Part shown: positions 45,584-53,545 of the stretch, piece by piece
Numbering within the stretch: the stretch's first letter is position 1
Layout of the letters: every line of letters begins with the position of its first letter
Notes under the pieces: generated by a model
What the model was told of the DNA's origin: nothing
Database searches by the model: none
What the model saw: only the letters and a program-made list of their open reading frames with translations
Translations under genes and position numbers: made by a program
Source: an uncultured Pseudomonadales bacterium
GTDB taxonomy: Bacteria; Pseudomonadota; Gammaproteobacteria; Pseudomonadales; JANQJO01
Direction of reading: 5' to 3'
DNA: 64,000 bases
Assembly (NCBI GenBank): GCA_964510525.1
Contig: CAZECE010000042.1
Span: forward strand, 73,272-137,271

Positions 45584-46659
45584 CAGCTTTACAACCTGAT
45601 ACGTCAAGACAGCTGAGGGAAGACTGGAAAAAACGGTCTCTCTTGGCTGTTTTGGTTTTAGGGCTGCTTATTTTTGGCTTGTTACGTCAGCAAGCCGCGA
45701 AAGTTGAGCACTTCTATGGTCATACGATGGGTACGACCTATCAAATCAGTTATGTGCCAGCGAATGATGTTCACTCTATTGCTTATTTGCAATCTCAAGT
45801 TGAGCAAACGCTGGATACCTTGGTTGATTCCATGTCGACCTATGAGAGTAACTCTGAAATCAGTCGTTTCAACGCATCCGCTTTGAATGAGTGGTTTTTG
45901 CTCTCGAATGCAATGGCCGATGTTGTGGCAGAAGCCATTGTGATCAGTAAGCAGAGTAATGGGCGTTTTGATCCAACGATTGGTCCATTGGTGTCCGTGT
46001 GGGGTGTTCAGCAAGCGGTTGGGACTGCTGTGTTCACTCCACCTGAGGAATTAAAAATCAGTGCGGCTTTAACTCAGGTCGGTTATCAACACTTGGTCTT
46101 TGATGCGGTGGGGCAGAAGTTACAAAAAAGGAAGGACATTCATTTAGATTTGTCTGCCATTGCTAAAGGGTATGCCGTGGATCGAATTGCGGTTCAGCTG
46201 CAAGAGTTCGGAGTGGACAGCTTTTTAGTTGAAATTGGTGGAGAGGTTTATGCTAAAGGCCTTAAACCCAGTGGTCAGGCTTGGCGGGTTGCCATTGAAG
46301 AACCCAAGCCAGAAGCGCGGGTGGTGAACCATATTATTGAGCTGGACGGCCGAGCCATTGCCAGCTCAGGCGATTATCGTAACTACGTGTCTTATCAAGG
46401 GCAGCTTTTTGGCCATATTTTAGATCCGACGACGGGTTACCCGGTGTCGCATCAGTTATACTCGGTTACAGTGGTTCACCCTTCAGCTATGACTGCTGAC
46501 GGATGGGCGACCGCTATGTCTGTATTGGGGGCTGAAGAGGGGCTGAGGTTGGCTGATGAGCTGGGGTTGGCGGTGTTGTTTTTAATGGATCAAGCGGGTC
46601 AAATTGAAGCATCCTGGAGCCAGGCTTTTGAGCCTTACCGAGTGTTTAGTGAGTCATGA
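45580..46659 (+). CDS. apbE: FAD:protein FMN transferase ApbE
   Basis: '[12 protein letters not shown]' and '[12 protein letters not shown]'. Overlaps the nqrF stop by 4 nt. Confidence 0.92.
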   Translation: MTALQPDTSRQLREDWKKRSLLAVLVLGLLIFGLLRQQAAKVEHFYGHTMGTTYQISYVPANDVHSIAYLQSQVEQTLDTLVDSMSTYESNSEISRFNASALNEWFLLSNAMADVVAEAIVISKQSNGRFDPTIGPLVSVWGVQQAVGTAVFTPPEELKISAALTQVGYQHLVFDAVGQKLQKRKDIHLDLSAIAKGYAVDRIAVQLQEFGVDSFLVEIGGEVYAKGLKPSGQAWRVAIEEPKPEARVVNHIIELDGRAIASSGDYRNYVSYQGQLFGHILDPTTGYPVSHQLYSVTVVHPSAMTADGWATAMSVLGAEEGLRLADELGLAVLFLMDQAGQIEASWSQAFEPYRVFSES

Positions 46660-46669
46660 GGAGTGTTAG

Positions 46670-46855
46670 ATGTTGGCAACAGTTGGGTTAACCATGATTG
46701 GTTTTATGCTCGCAATATTGGGTTTGTCGGTGGGTTGGATTTTAAGAAAAAAACCCTTAAAAGGTTCTTGCGGTGGTTTGAATGCTGTTGGTTTGGATGG
46801 TGAATGTAAATTGTGTGGTGCTAAAAACCCTGCTATTGAGTGTAAAGATAATTAG
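46670..46855 (+). CDS. nqrM: (Na+)-NQR maturation protein NqrM
   Basis: 61 aa with one TM helix followed by the Cys-rich 'GSCGG...GECKLCG', directly after apbE. Confidence 0.85.
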   Translation: MLATVGLTMIGFMLAILGLSVGWILRKKPLKGSCGGLNAVGLDGECKLCGAKNPAIECKDN

Positions 46856-46866
46856 GTTTAAGTGAT

Positions 46867-47931
46867 ATGAATGTATTAGCCAAGTTGAAGTCTGGATTGG
46901 CGGTTGTTAAAACCCCTATGTCAATCATGGGAGGCCTGGGAGGCATAGAGGGCGCTTGGAAAGGGGTGACGGCGGGCGTGTTGTTGCTTTTGTTGGTATT
47001 GTTCTGCGGTTTGGGTTTGTATTGGTCGACTGAGCCGGACGTGTTTCATGTTCGTGAGCGGGTGGATGCTGAGGCTTCTCGCCGAGGTGAAGTGCCTGTG
47101 GTGGGTTATTACACGACGTTAACATTGATCCAAGTGGTCGAGACTTTGTTAAATAAGTCCGGTGGGTACCTGACCAACGATGTGATCTTGCCGAGCATTT
47201 TTTTGGATAATATGCCAAGTTGGGAGTTTGGTGTACTGACTCAGGCGCGTGATCTTAGTATTGCAATGCGTAAAGATTTGAGTCGTTCGCAATCGCAATC
47301 GAAAGAAGATCCGGATCTGGCCAAAGCTCAGTCGACGTTAAATTTTGATAATGATAGTTGGATATTTCCTGCGACAGAATCGGAGTATAAAGACTCCATT
47401 GCTTCGCTGTACCTGTATTTACAGCGCTTAGCTCAATCGAATCATCCTGAGGCGCAGTTTTACGCTCGAGCGGATAATCTCAGCCGTTGGTTGGCTTATA
47501 TTGAAAACAGTTTAGGGAGTATGTCGCAACGCTTGAGCGACAGCGTTGGTCATGATGTTTATCAGCAGGCCATGGGCAGTGCGCCGGGTGTGGGATCAAC
47601 CCCCGTGGCGCCGCAGCAAGCAACCAAGACCTCTTGGTTTGAAATTGATGATGTTTTTTTTGAAGCGCGAGGCACTAGCTGGGCGTTGTTGCACTTGTTA
47701 AAAGCCGCATTAATCGACTTTGAAGACATTTTGATAAAGAAAAATGCGTATGTGAGTTTTCAGCAAATTATTCGAGAATTGGAGTACACCCAAGCAACTC
47801 TGTGGAGTCCGGTGATCTTAAATGGCGGTGGCTTTGGCATCTTGGCCAATCATTCCTTGGTGATGGCTAATTATATTTCGCGGGCCAATGCAGCCATCAT
47901 TGATTTAAGAGAGTTGTTATCCCAGGGGTAG
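46867..47931 (+). CDS. membrane-anchored conserved hypothetical protein (DUF2333-like)
   Basis: N-terminal TM 'GVLLLLLVLFCGLGLYW' followed by a soluble domain. The family name is recalled from memory and not verified. The gap after nqrM is 11 nt. Confidence 0.55.
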   Translation: MNVLAKLKSGLAVVKTPMSIMGGLGGIEGAWKGVTAGVLLLLLVLFCGLGLYWSTEPDVFHVRERVDAEASRRGEVPVVGYYTTLTLIQVVETLLNKSGGYLTNDVILPSIFLDNMPSWEFGVLTQARDLSIAMRKDLSRSQSQSKEDPDLAKAQSTLNFDNDSWIFPATESEYKDSIASLYLYLQRLAQSNHPEAQFYARADNLSRWLAYIENSLGSMSQRLSDSVGHDVYQQAMGSAPGVGSTPVAPQQATKTSWFEIDDVFFEARGTSWALLHLLKAALIDFEDILIKKNAYVSFQQIIRELEYTQATLWSPVILNGGGFGILANHSLVMANYISRANAAIIDLRELLSQG

Positions 47932-47977
47932 TACGTGTAGGGTTAAGTGGTATTTTTGTCGAGTTGCTTAAAGGAGT

Positions 47978-49237
47978 TTAAGGCAGTAACCGCAAAAAGC
48001 GATCTACTGAAATTACCCAGGCTGTTTCGTCGTATTTTTTAAATATGCCGCCATGCTGAATGACTTGTAGGATGGGTACCTTGAGTGATTTAGAAAATCG
48101 CAGTGTTGAAGACGAAATGGTTTTATTTGATAATTTTGCTTCAACCAAAAGAGTAGGTTGGTCATTAAGTGTGATTAAAAAATCCACCTCTTTTTGGTCA
48201 AAGTCTCGTACATAGAAAACTTTTGCTTTTCCCCACCCTTGTTCGGTCCATATGTGGCATGCTCGATATAGTTGTAAAGCCAAAAAATTTTCGAAAATGA
48301 TTGCATCGGTTTTGCAGTAAGCCCAATCCATAAAATACACTTTTTCTTCTTTTTTCACAGTGCGAGCAAGGTTTTTGCTCCAGGGTTTGATGGAGAATAT
48401 CAGCCACAGTTTTTTCAGCTGGTTTAGGTAATTTTTAATTGAGGGGTGCGAGGTTTCAACATCACGTGCTAATGAGGCAATAGATAAAGGGCTGCCTATG
48501 CGCTCAGGCAGTAGTTGCATCATACGCTCAACGGAATCGATGTTTTTGATGTTAGTGAGGTCACGTAAATCTTCGTGCAGCAATAGAGAGATATAATCTT
48601 GATGCCATTTAAAAGAAAAGCGTTGTGAGGCTCTAAAGAGGGGTTCTGGAAAGCCTCCGAATGTTAATAACTGTGCGATATGCTCGGTGTATTCATTGTT
48701 ATCAGCTGTGTTTTTTAGTCGTTCAAATAGCTGTGTTGCCGGTTGTTGCCAATCTGCTTTGCTGCACAACCATATGTCGGAAAGTGGGGTTGATGCCAAC
48801 TCAGAAGCTGAGAAGGGGAAAAGGCTAAAATGAGTGTAGCGTCCTACTAAAGAATCTCCCGATTGCCGAAAGAGATTTAAGCGGGCGCTACCCGTTACGA
48901 AAATACGGTGTCGATGTTCAATAGAATCAAAAGCCCCTTTTAGAATATCTTTCCATTGTTGCCGTTTGTGGATTTCATCAAAAACGATTAAAGAGGGTTG
49001 AGCAGGGTTGATATCCTGCATAAAAAAGAAGGGGTTTTCATTGTAAGCGCGCCTGATGCTTGGGTTATCCCAATTATAGTAATGACCTTGATAGGCCTGG
49101 GATAACATATGTTTAGAAAAGGTGGTCTTACCAATTTGCCGCGGGCCTGATAAAAATACCATTTTATTGGTGATTAGTTCAGGATCGTCAATATATGATT
49201 CAATTTGACGCTGTTCCGTTAGTCCATTGTTTTTCAT
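47978..49237 (-). CDS. AAA+ ATPase with C-terminal PD-(D/E)xK-like domain (COG1373 / AAA_14 + DUF4143 type)
   Basis: Walker A 'GPRQIGKTT', Walker B 'LIVFDEIHK', and C-terminal 'DFDQKEVDFLIT...LLVEAKLS' (D...E-x-K nuclease-like motif). The gene is visibly AT-rich. Confidence 0.75.
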   Translation of the reverse strand: MKNNGLTEQRQIESYIDDPELITNKMVFLSGPRQIGKTTFSKHMLSQAYQGHYYNWDNPSIRRAYNENPFFFMQDINPAQPSLIVFDEIHKRQQWKDILKGAFDSIEHRHRIFVTGSARLNLFRQSGDSLVGRYTHFSLFPFSASELASTPLSDIWLCSKADWQQPATQLFERLKNTADNNEYTEHIAQLLTFGGFPEPLFRASQRFSFKWHQDYISLLLHEDLRDLTNIKNIDSVERMMQLLPERIGSPLSIASLARDVETSHPSIKNYLNQLKKLWLIFSIKPWSKNLARTVKKEEKVYFMDWAYCKTDAIIFENFLALQLYRACHIWTEQGWGKAKVFYVRDFDQKEVDFLITLNDQPTLLVEAKLSNKTISSSTLRFSKSLKVPILQVIQHGGIFKKYDETAWVISVDRFLRLLP

Positions 49238-49291
49238 CAGATATTTTATGATTGGTTTTCGTGTAAATTAAGTATATCTATGAAATTAACG

Positions 49292-49323
49292 CGTGCAAAT
49301 TAAATATATGTTAATTTTGCACG
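49292..49323. promoter_or_regulatory. imperfect 32-bp palindrome upstream of the AAA+ ATPase gene
   Basis: cgtgcaaatta - aatatatgt - taattttgcacg, located 55-85 nt upstream of the start at 49237. Its role as an operator is inferred. Confidence 0.3.
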
Positions 49324-49359
49324 GATTTGGGGCGGTTTTTTTGTGTGTGAAATAATAAA

Positions 49360-49390
49360 GGCCAGAAACGTTGAGCTTCTGGCCTTTTTA
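49360..49390 (-). terminator. hairpin terminator downstream of ppa (bidirectional-looking)
   Basis: Stem ggccagaa / ttctggcc with a 9-nt loop. It is flanked by a T-run on the plus side and TTTATTATTT on the minus side. Confidence 0.6.
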
Positions 49391-49407
49391 AATGTGCGGC
49401 GCTGAAA

Positions 49408-49932
49408 TTATTGCGCGGCTGCAATCGATTTTTCAATTTCAGTTTTAGCGGCAGCGGCGTTTTCCCAGGCGTCAACTTTAACCCACTTGCCGGCTTCTAA
49501 ATCTTTGTAGTTTTCAAAGAAATGCTGGATTTGTTTGATCAGCAGTTCGGGTAAATCTTCAATTTCTTTCACGTCTTTATAAAGTACGGTGAGCTTTTCG
49601 TGAGGTACGGCCAATAGTTTTGCGTCTTTACCGGATTCGTCGCTCATTTGCAGCACACCGATCGGGCGGCAGCGAATGACTGAGCCTGGCGCCACAGGAT
49701 AGGGGGTAACGACGAGTACGTCTAATGGGTCGCCGTCTTCAGATAAAGTATTTGGGATGTAACCGTAGTTGCAGGGATAGAACATTGGGGTGGCCATGAA
49801 ACGATCAACAAACAGGGCGTCACTGTCTTTATCGATTTCGTATTTGATGGGCGCATGATTGGCGGGGATTTCGATGATTACATTGATGTCTTCGGGCGGA
49901 TTTTTGCCGGGAGAGATGGTTTGATAGCTCAT
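49408..49932 (-). CDS. ppa: inorganic pyrophosphatase
   Basis: '[19 protein letters not shown]' and '[23 protein letters not shown]'. Confidence 0.96.
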   Translation of the reverse strand: MSYQTISPGKNPPEDINVIIEIPANHAPIKYEIDKDSDALFVDRFMATPMFYPCNYGYIPNTLSEDGDPLDVLVVTPYPVAPGSVIRCRPIGVLQMSDESGKDAKLLAVPHEKLTVLYKDVKEIEDLPELLIKQIQHFFENYKDLEAGKWVKVDAWENAAAAKTEIEKSIAAAQ

Positions 49933-49969
49933 AATGGGCGTCCTAGATATTTATTTAAAGAGGGTAATA

Positions 49970-50046
49970 TGGCGGGCCTGGCAGGACTCGAACCTGCAAC
50001 CCTCGGCTTCGAAGGCCGATGCTCTATCCAGTTGAGCTACAGACCC
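49970..50046 (-). tRNA. tRNA-Arg (anticodon UCG)
   Basis: The reverse complement GGGTCTGTAGCTCAACTGGATAGAGCATCGGCCTTCGAAGCCGAGGGTTGCAGGTTCGAGTCCTGCCAGGCCCGCCA folds as a cloverleaf with anticodon loop CTTCGAA. Confidence 0.9.
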
Positions 50047-50150
50047 AATGATTAGACCCGTTGTTGTGTTTGTTAAATGTGTCCAACTCTGTATTTAGAA
50101 CACGCGATGATACTGTAATGGGTTTTATAAGCAAGTGAATCTTTAATGCT

Positions 50151-50474
50151 TCAGTGTTTATTTTGATCAAAGAAGACCTGGCCGTGGTTTTTGATGTGCT
50201 CCAATAAGGCTTTCTCTTCAATTTGGCGTTTGAGTGATAAATCAATGGTGTAAGGCAAATTTAAATCATCTAACTCAACGTTTAATTTCATTAGGTTTGA
50301 TGAGGGAAACTCGCTGCTAATAATGGTGAGATCGATGTCGGAGCCATTTCGAAAAGTGCCTTTCGCTCTAGAGCCATAAATAATGACTTGTTCAATATCT
50401 GGGTGTTGTTCAAAGACATGGCAGATCTTATTAATGGTATTTTCATTCAAACCGAAGCAGGCTAAAGAGTTCAT
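50151..50474 (-). CDS. minimal nucleotidyltransferase (MNT, HI0073-like)
   Basis: 'IYGSRAKGTFRNGSDIDLTI' is the GSx(n)DxD NTase motif. The start overlaps the upstream stop (TAATG). Confidence 0.85.
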   Translation of the reverse strand: MNSLACFGLNENTINKICHVFEQHPDIEQVIIYGSRAKGTFRNGSDIDLTIISSEFPSSNLMKLNVELDDLNLPYTIDLSLKRQIEEKALLEHIKNHGQVFFDQNKH

Positions 50475-50890
50475 TATTTTGCGTCACTTAAGGTTTCAAG
50501 TTTGGTGCTGAGTTGAGCAAACATGGGATAATACTGGTGAATGATCTTGTTATTGATTTCTTCGGCTGTTTCCTGATTGTATGCGTGGGTAGTGATGTTG
50601 CGACTTAAGATGGATTCCATCCAGGCTTCGCCGTCTTCAATTAAGTCAGCAGTGAAGGCTGCACGAAAGGCGTCTCGGCTGCCAGTGATGTTTGAGTTTC
50701 CTTGGTAGGCGAAGTAATCTTTCAATACCTTCCAGGCCAATTCATGGGTCATTTCAAAGGCTTGGATCATGCCCTGTTGTTCCATGATATTGAGCTCTCG
50801 TTTGTTGCTTTCAGCGACCATTGAGCCCAGATTCGTTAAAGCATTTTTATAATGTACGAACCGCTGCTGCCAGCGGACTTCTTCAGCCAT
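50474..50890 (-). CDS. HEPN-domain / nucleotidyltransferase substrate-binding protein (HI0074 family)
   Basis: Start placed at MAEEVRWQQRF (50890). 'SRNITTHAY' is the Rx4H HEPN motif. It is paired with the MNT gene. Confidence 0.8.
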   Translation of the reverse strand: MAEEVRWQQRFVHYKNALTNLGSMVAESNKRELNIMEQQGMIQAFEMTHELAWKVLKDYFAYQGNSNITGSRDAFRAAFTADLIEDGEAWMESILSRNITTHAYNQETAEEINNKIIHQYYPMFAQLSTKLETLSDAK

Positions 50891-51057
50891 GATTGATCCC
50901 TCTATCTTCTCCCGCTCTATGTTTTTATCTGAGCTTTTTCTTCTGAGCTTTTTCTTGCTTTGGCAAGTAGGGCAGATAGTAATGCAGTCGTAGAGCATTG
51001 ACCAGTTTTTGTCATGAACAGCTGATAGCTAAGTAATTGAAAAACTTATTATTCCTC

Positions 51058-51086
51058 TTGTGGAGGTAGCAAAAGATGCGTACAGT
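51058..51086 (+). promoter_or_regulatory. candidate rnpB promoter
   Basis: TTGTGG (51058-51063), 17-nt spacer, TACAGT (51081-51086), placed 7 nt before the predicted RNA 5' end. Confidence 0.45.
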
Positions 51087-51093
51087 GCGCCTC

Positions 51094-51471
51094 GAGTTGG
51101 CTAAGCAGTCGCTTCAGGTGGTTGTGTTTTCTTCGGAGAATGCTTCGGGCCTGGAGAGGAAAGTCCGGGCTCCATAGGGCAAGGTGCCAGGTAACGCCTG
51201 GAAAGCGCGAGCTTATGGAAAGTGCCGCAGAAAATATACCGCCCATGCTTATTTATATAAGTGTGTGGTAAGGGTGAAATGGTGCGGTAAGAGCGCACCG
51301 CGCATCTGGCAACAGATGTGGCAGGGTAAACCCCACCGGGAGCAAGGCCGAATAGGATCCCTTTGACACGGCCCGTGTTGGGATCGGGTAGGCTGCTTGA
51401 GGCATGGTGCGAATCATGTCCCAGATGAATGACTGTTCACGACAGAACCCGGCTTATCGGCCAACTCATCA
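51094..51471 (+). ncRNA. rnpB: RNase P RNA, bacterial type A
   Basis: GAGGAAAGTCCGGGCTCCATAGGGCAAGGTGCCAGGTAACGCCTGG and ...GGTAAGAGCGCACCG...ACAGAACCCGGCTTATCGGCCAACTC match universally conserved rnpB blocks. The 5' GAGTTGGC pairs with the 3' GCCAACTC. Confidence 0.93.
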
Positions 51472-51561
51472 TTTCTGATTTTTGATCTGTAGTCCTAAGT
51501 CTGTGTTTTTATTGAGGTGTATTCACACCAGTTTTTTCTGTTTACTGTAAATTTGTCTGGA

Positions 51562-51590
51562 TTGACACCTTTTGGGTCGCGCCTTAAGGT
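51562..51590 (+). promoter_or_regulatory. candidate Pmra promoter of the dcw cluster
   Basis: TTGACA (51562-51567), 17-nt spacer, TAAGGT (51585-51590). Confidence 0.45.
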
Positions 51591-51628
51591 TCGCTTCTGT
51601 GGTTTTTTGAGGAAAAAAAAGTAGAGAA

Positions 51629-51654
51629 GTGGGGGATTGTGGGATTTTGGTGGG
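51629..51654 (+). promoter_or_regulatory. MraZ operator: three GTGGG direct repeats
   Basis: GTGGG at 51629, 51639 and 51650 (10-11-bp spacing), 45-70 nt upstream of mraZ. This matches the TGGGN direct-repeat operator described for E. coli MraZ. Confidence 0.6.
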
Positions 51655-51698
51655 AATGAGTTGGCAATGTTGGTATGTAAGCTGGGTGAGATTTAACC

Positions 51699-52157
51699 TT
51701 GTTTAGAGGGATATCGGCGCTCAGCCTAGATGCCAAAGGGCGTATGACCTTGCCAACTAAGCATCGCGATAGTGTTCAGTCTGAATCCGATAACCGCGTT
51801 GTAATCACCATTGATATCGAAACCAAATGTTTGCTGATTTACTTGCTGCCTGATTGGGAGTTGATTGAAAAAAAATTAGCGGCATTGCCCAGTTTTAATA
51901 AAGCCACTCGGCGGATGCAAAGGTTGTTGATTGGGCATGCAACGGAAGTGGAAATTGATGCTCAAGGGCGCTTGAGTTTGCCGGCACCATTACGTGAGTA
52001 CGCCGACTTAGAAAAGAAAGTCATGTTGGTTGGGCAAGGCAATAAGTTTGAGTTGTGGAGTGAAGCCGGTTGGCACGCTTCTCGGGATGCTTGGTTAGAG
52101 GAAGTTGGTCAGGGTGATGATGAGCTGCCTGAAGAAATGATGTCGTTCTCTTTGTAG
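51699..52157 (+). CDS. mraZ: transcriptional regulator MraZ
   Basis: 'MFRGISALSLDAKGRMTLP' matches the MraZ N-terminus. The start codon is TTG. Confidence 0.95.
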   Translation: MFRGISALSLDAKGRMTLPTKHRDSVQSESDNRVVITIDIETKCLLIYLLPDWELIEKKLAALPSFNKATRRMQRLLIGHATEVEIDAQGRLSLPAPLREYADLEKKVMLVGQGNKFELWSEAGWHASRDAWLEEVGQGDDELPEEMMSFSL

Positions 52158-52196
52158 AGGAGGTCAAGCAAAGTAGTAGTGAGCCAGTGAGGCTGT

Positions 52197-53174
52197 ATGG
52201 ATAAGCCTGAACATATAAGCGTTTTATGGCAGGAATCGTTAGAGGCGTTAGCTATTCAACCTGATGGCTTTTATCTGGACGGGACCTTTGGTCGCGGTGG
52301 ACACAGCCGAGGGGTTTTAAAGCGATTGGGGCCGGGCGGGTTGCTGTTAGCGGTGGATCAGGATCCTCAGGCTGAGCAGGAAGCGACAAAATTACAGCGG
52401 GAATTGATGAGTTTAGGCGATGATTGTGCTGAATTTCAGTTTTTAAGAGGGCGCTTTAGTGAAGTTGAAAAAGCGGTAGCCCAATTGAATCGGCCATTGA
52501 TGGGGGTGTTGTTGGATTTGGGGGTGTCGTCCCCTCAGTTGGATGAAGCAGAGCGAGGGTTTAGCTTTCAGCAGTCAGGGCCTTTGGATATGCGAATGGA
52601 TCCACACAGAGGCGAGCCGTTGCAAGAAAAATTGTTGGCCGTGTCGGATGAAGACTTGGCCAACGTTTTGTGGACATTGGGGGAAGAGCGGCATTCACGG
52701 CGAATAGCAAAAGCGATTTTGTTGGCGCAAGCAGAAGGGCGGTTGAATACAACGGGGGAATTGGCTGAGGTGATCAAAGCGGCGCACCCGAAATGGCAGC
52801 CAGGCAAGCACCCTGCGACGAAAAGCTTTTTGGCCTTGCGGTTGTGGGTCAATCAAGAGTTAGACGAGTTGGAGAAGGCGCTTAGGCAATTTACGGAGTT
52901 GCTGGCTCCCGGAGGGCGCTTGGTGGTGATTAGCTTTCATTCTTTGGAGGATCGAATCGTAAAACGGTTTTTCAAAGGCCAACAAGAGTCGACGCCGGAT
53001 ATTCCGCCTTGGGTCCCAGTGGCTAGTGGTGGGGGCGATAAGAAAAACCAGCATCCCTTGCGGGTGCTGATAAAAGGGCAAAAGCCTTCGGCAGAAGAGC
53101 AGAATAGAAATTCAAGAGCGCGTAGCGCTATTTTGCGGGTGGCAGAGAAAATTGAGAGTGGCAGAGAAAATTGA
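52197..53174 (+). CDS. rsmH: 16S rRNA (cytosine1402-N4)-methyltransferase
   Basis: 'HISVLWQESLEAL', 'DGTFGRGGHS' and 'DLGVSSPQLD'. Confidence 0.96.
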   Translation: MDKPEHISVLWQESLEALAIQPDGFYLDGTFGRGGHSRGVLKRLGPGGLLLAVDQDPQAEQEATKLQRELMSLGDDCAEFQFLRGRFSEVEKAVAQLNRPLMGVLLDLGVSSPQLDEAERGFSFQQSGPLDMRMDPHRGEPLQEKLLAVSDEDLANVLWTLGEERHSRRIAKAILLAQAEGRLNTTGELAEVIKAAHPKWQPGKHPATKSFLALRLWVNQELDELEKALRQFTELLAPGGRLVVISFHSLEDRIVKRFFKGQQESTPDIPPWVPVASGGGDKKNQHPLRVLIKGQKPSAEEQNRNSRARSAILRVAEKIESGREN

Positions 53175-53518
53175 GTAAACCACAGCGCAGTCGAACCTCG
53201 AGACGCCAAAAGGCTCAGCAAAATGCTTTGGGGTTGCCTGTTGGTACCGAAAAAGGATGCTGGTTAATGGCGCTGTGTTTGGGAGCAGTGGTGGCTTCGG
53301 CGATGAGCGTTGTGGTGCTGAAACACGTTTATCGCCAGCAAGTTCAGTATTTGTATCACCTCACTGAAACGCGTGAGGCTTTGCAAGCAGAATGGAATCA
53401 ATTACAAGCCGAATATTCTTCTTTATCGGCTTTGGATCAGGTTGAGTATATTGCCAAAAATGAGTTGGGTATGCGGTTGCCCAGTCCACAGGATATTGGG
53501 GTATTGGCTGTCCCCTAA
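53171..53518 (+). CDS. ftsL: cell division protein FtsL
   Basis: Small bitopic protein with a coiled-coil region 'LQAEWNQLQAEYSSL', in the conserved position. TTG start overlapping the rsmH stop. Confidence 0.85.
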   Translation: MSKPQRSRTSRRQKAQQNALGLPVGTEKGCWLMALCLGAVVASAMSVVVLKHVYRQQVQYLYHLTETREALQAEWNQLQAEYSSLSALDQVEYIAKNELGMRLPSPQDIGVLAVP

Positions 53519-53545
53519 GCTTAAAGATTAAAGGATTAACCCGTT

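Noticed and set aside
49855-50245. ORFs 49855-50055 (+) and 50024-50245 (-) spanning the ppa start, tRNA-Arg and the spacer.
   Set aside because: They overlap a well-formed tRNA gene and the ppa coding region. They have no supporting motifs.
50891-50998. An upstream extension of the HEPN ORF containing a CxxC-like 'ITICPTCQSKKK' stretch that could suggest a zinc ribbon.
   Set aside because: HI0074-family homology starts at MAEEVRWQQRF. The extension is short, Lys/Arg-rich and lies in the promoter region. A single CxxC is insufficient for a zinc-ribbon call.
51049-51366. Three 60-65-aa ORFs in the track (51049-51246, 51101-51298, 51184-51366).
   Set aside because: They overlap the RNase P RNA gene (rnpB), whose conserved blocks are unambiguous. 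They are not protein-coding.
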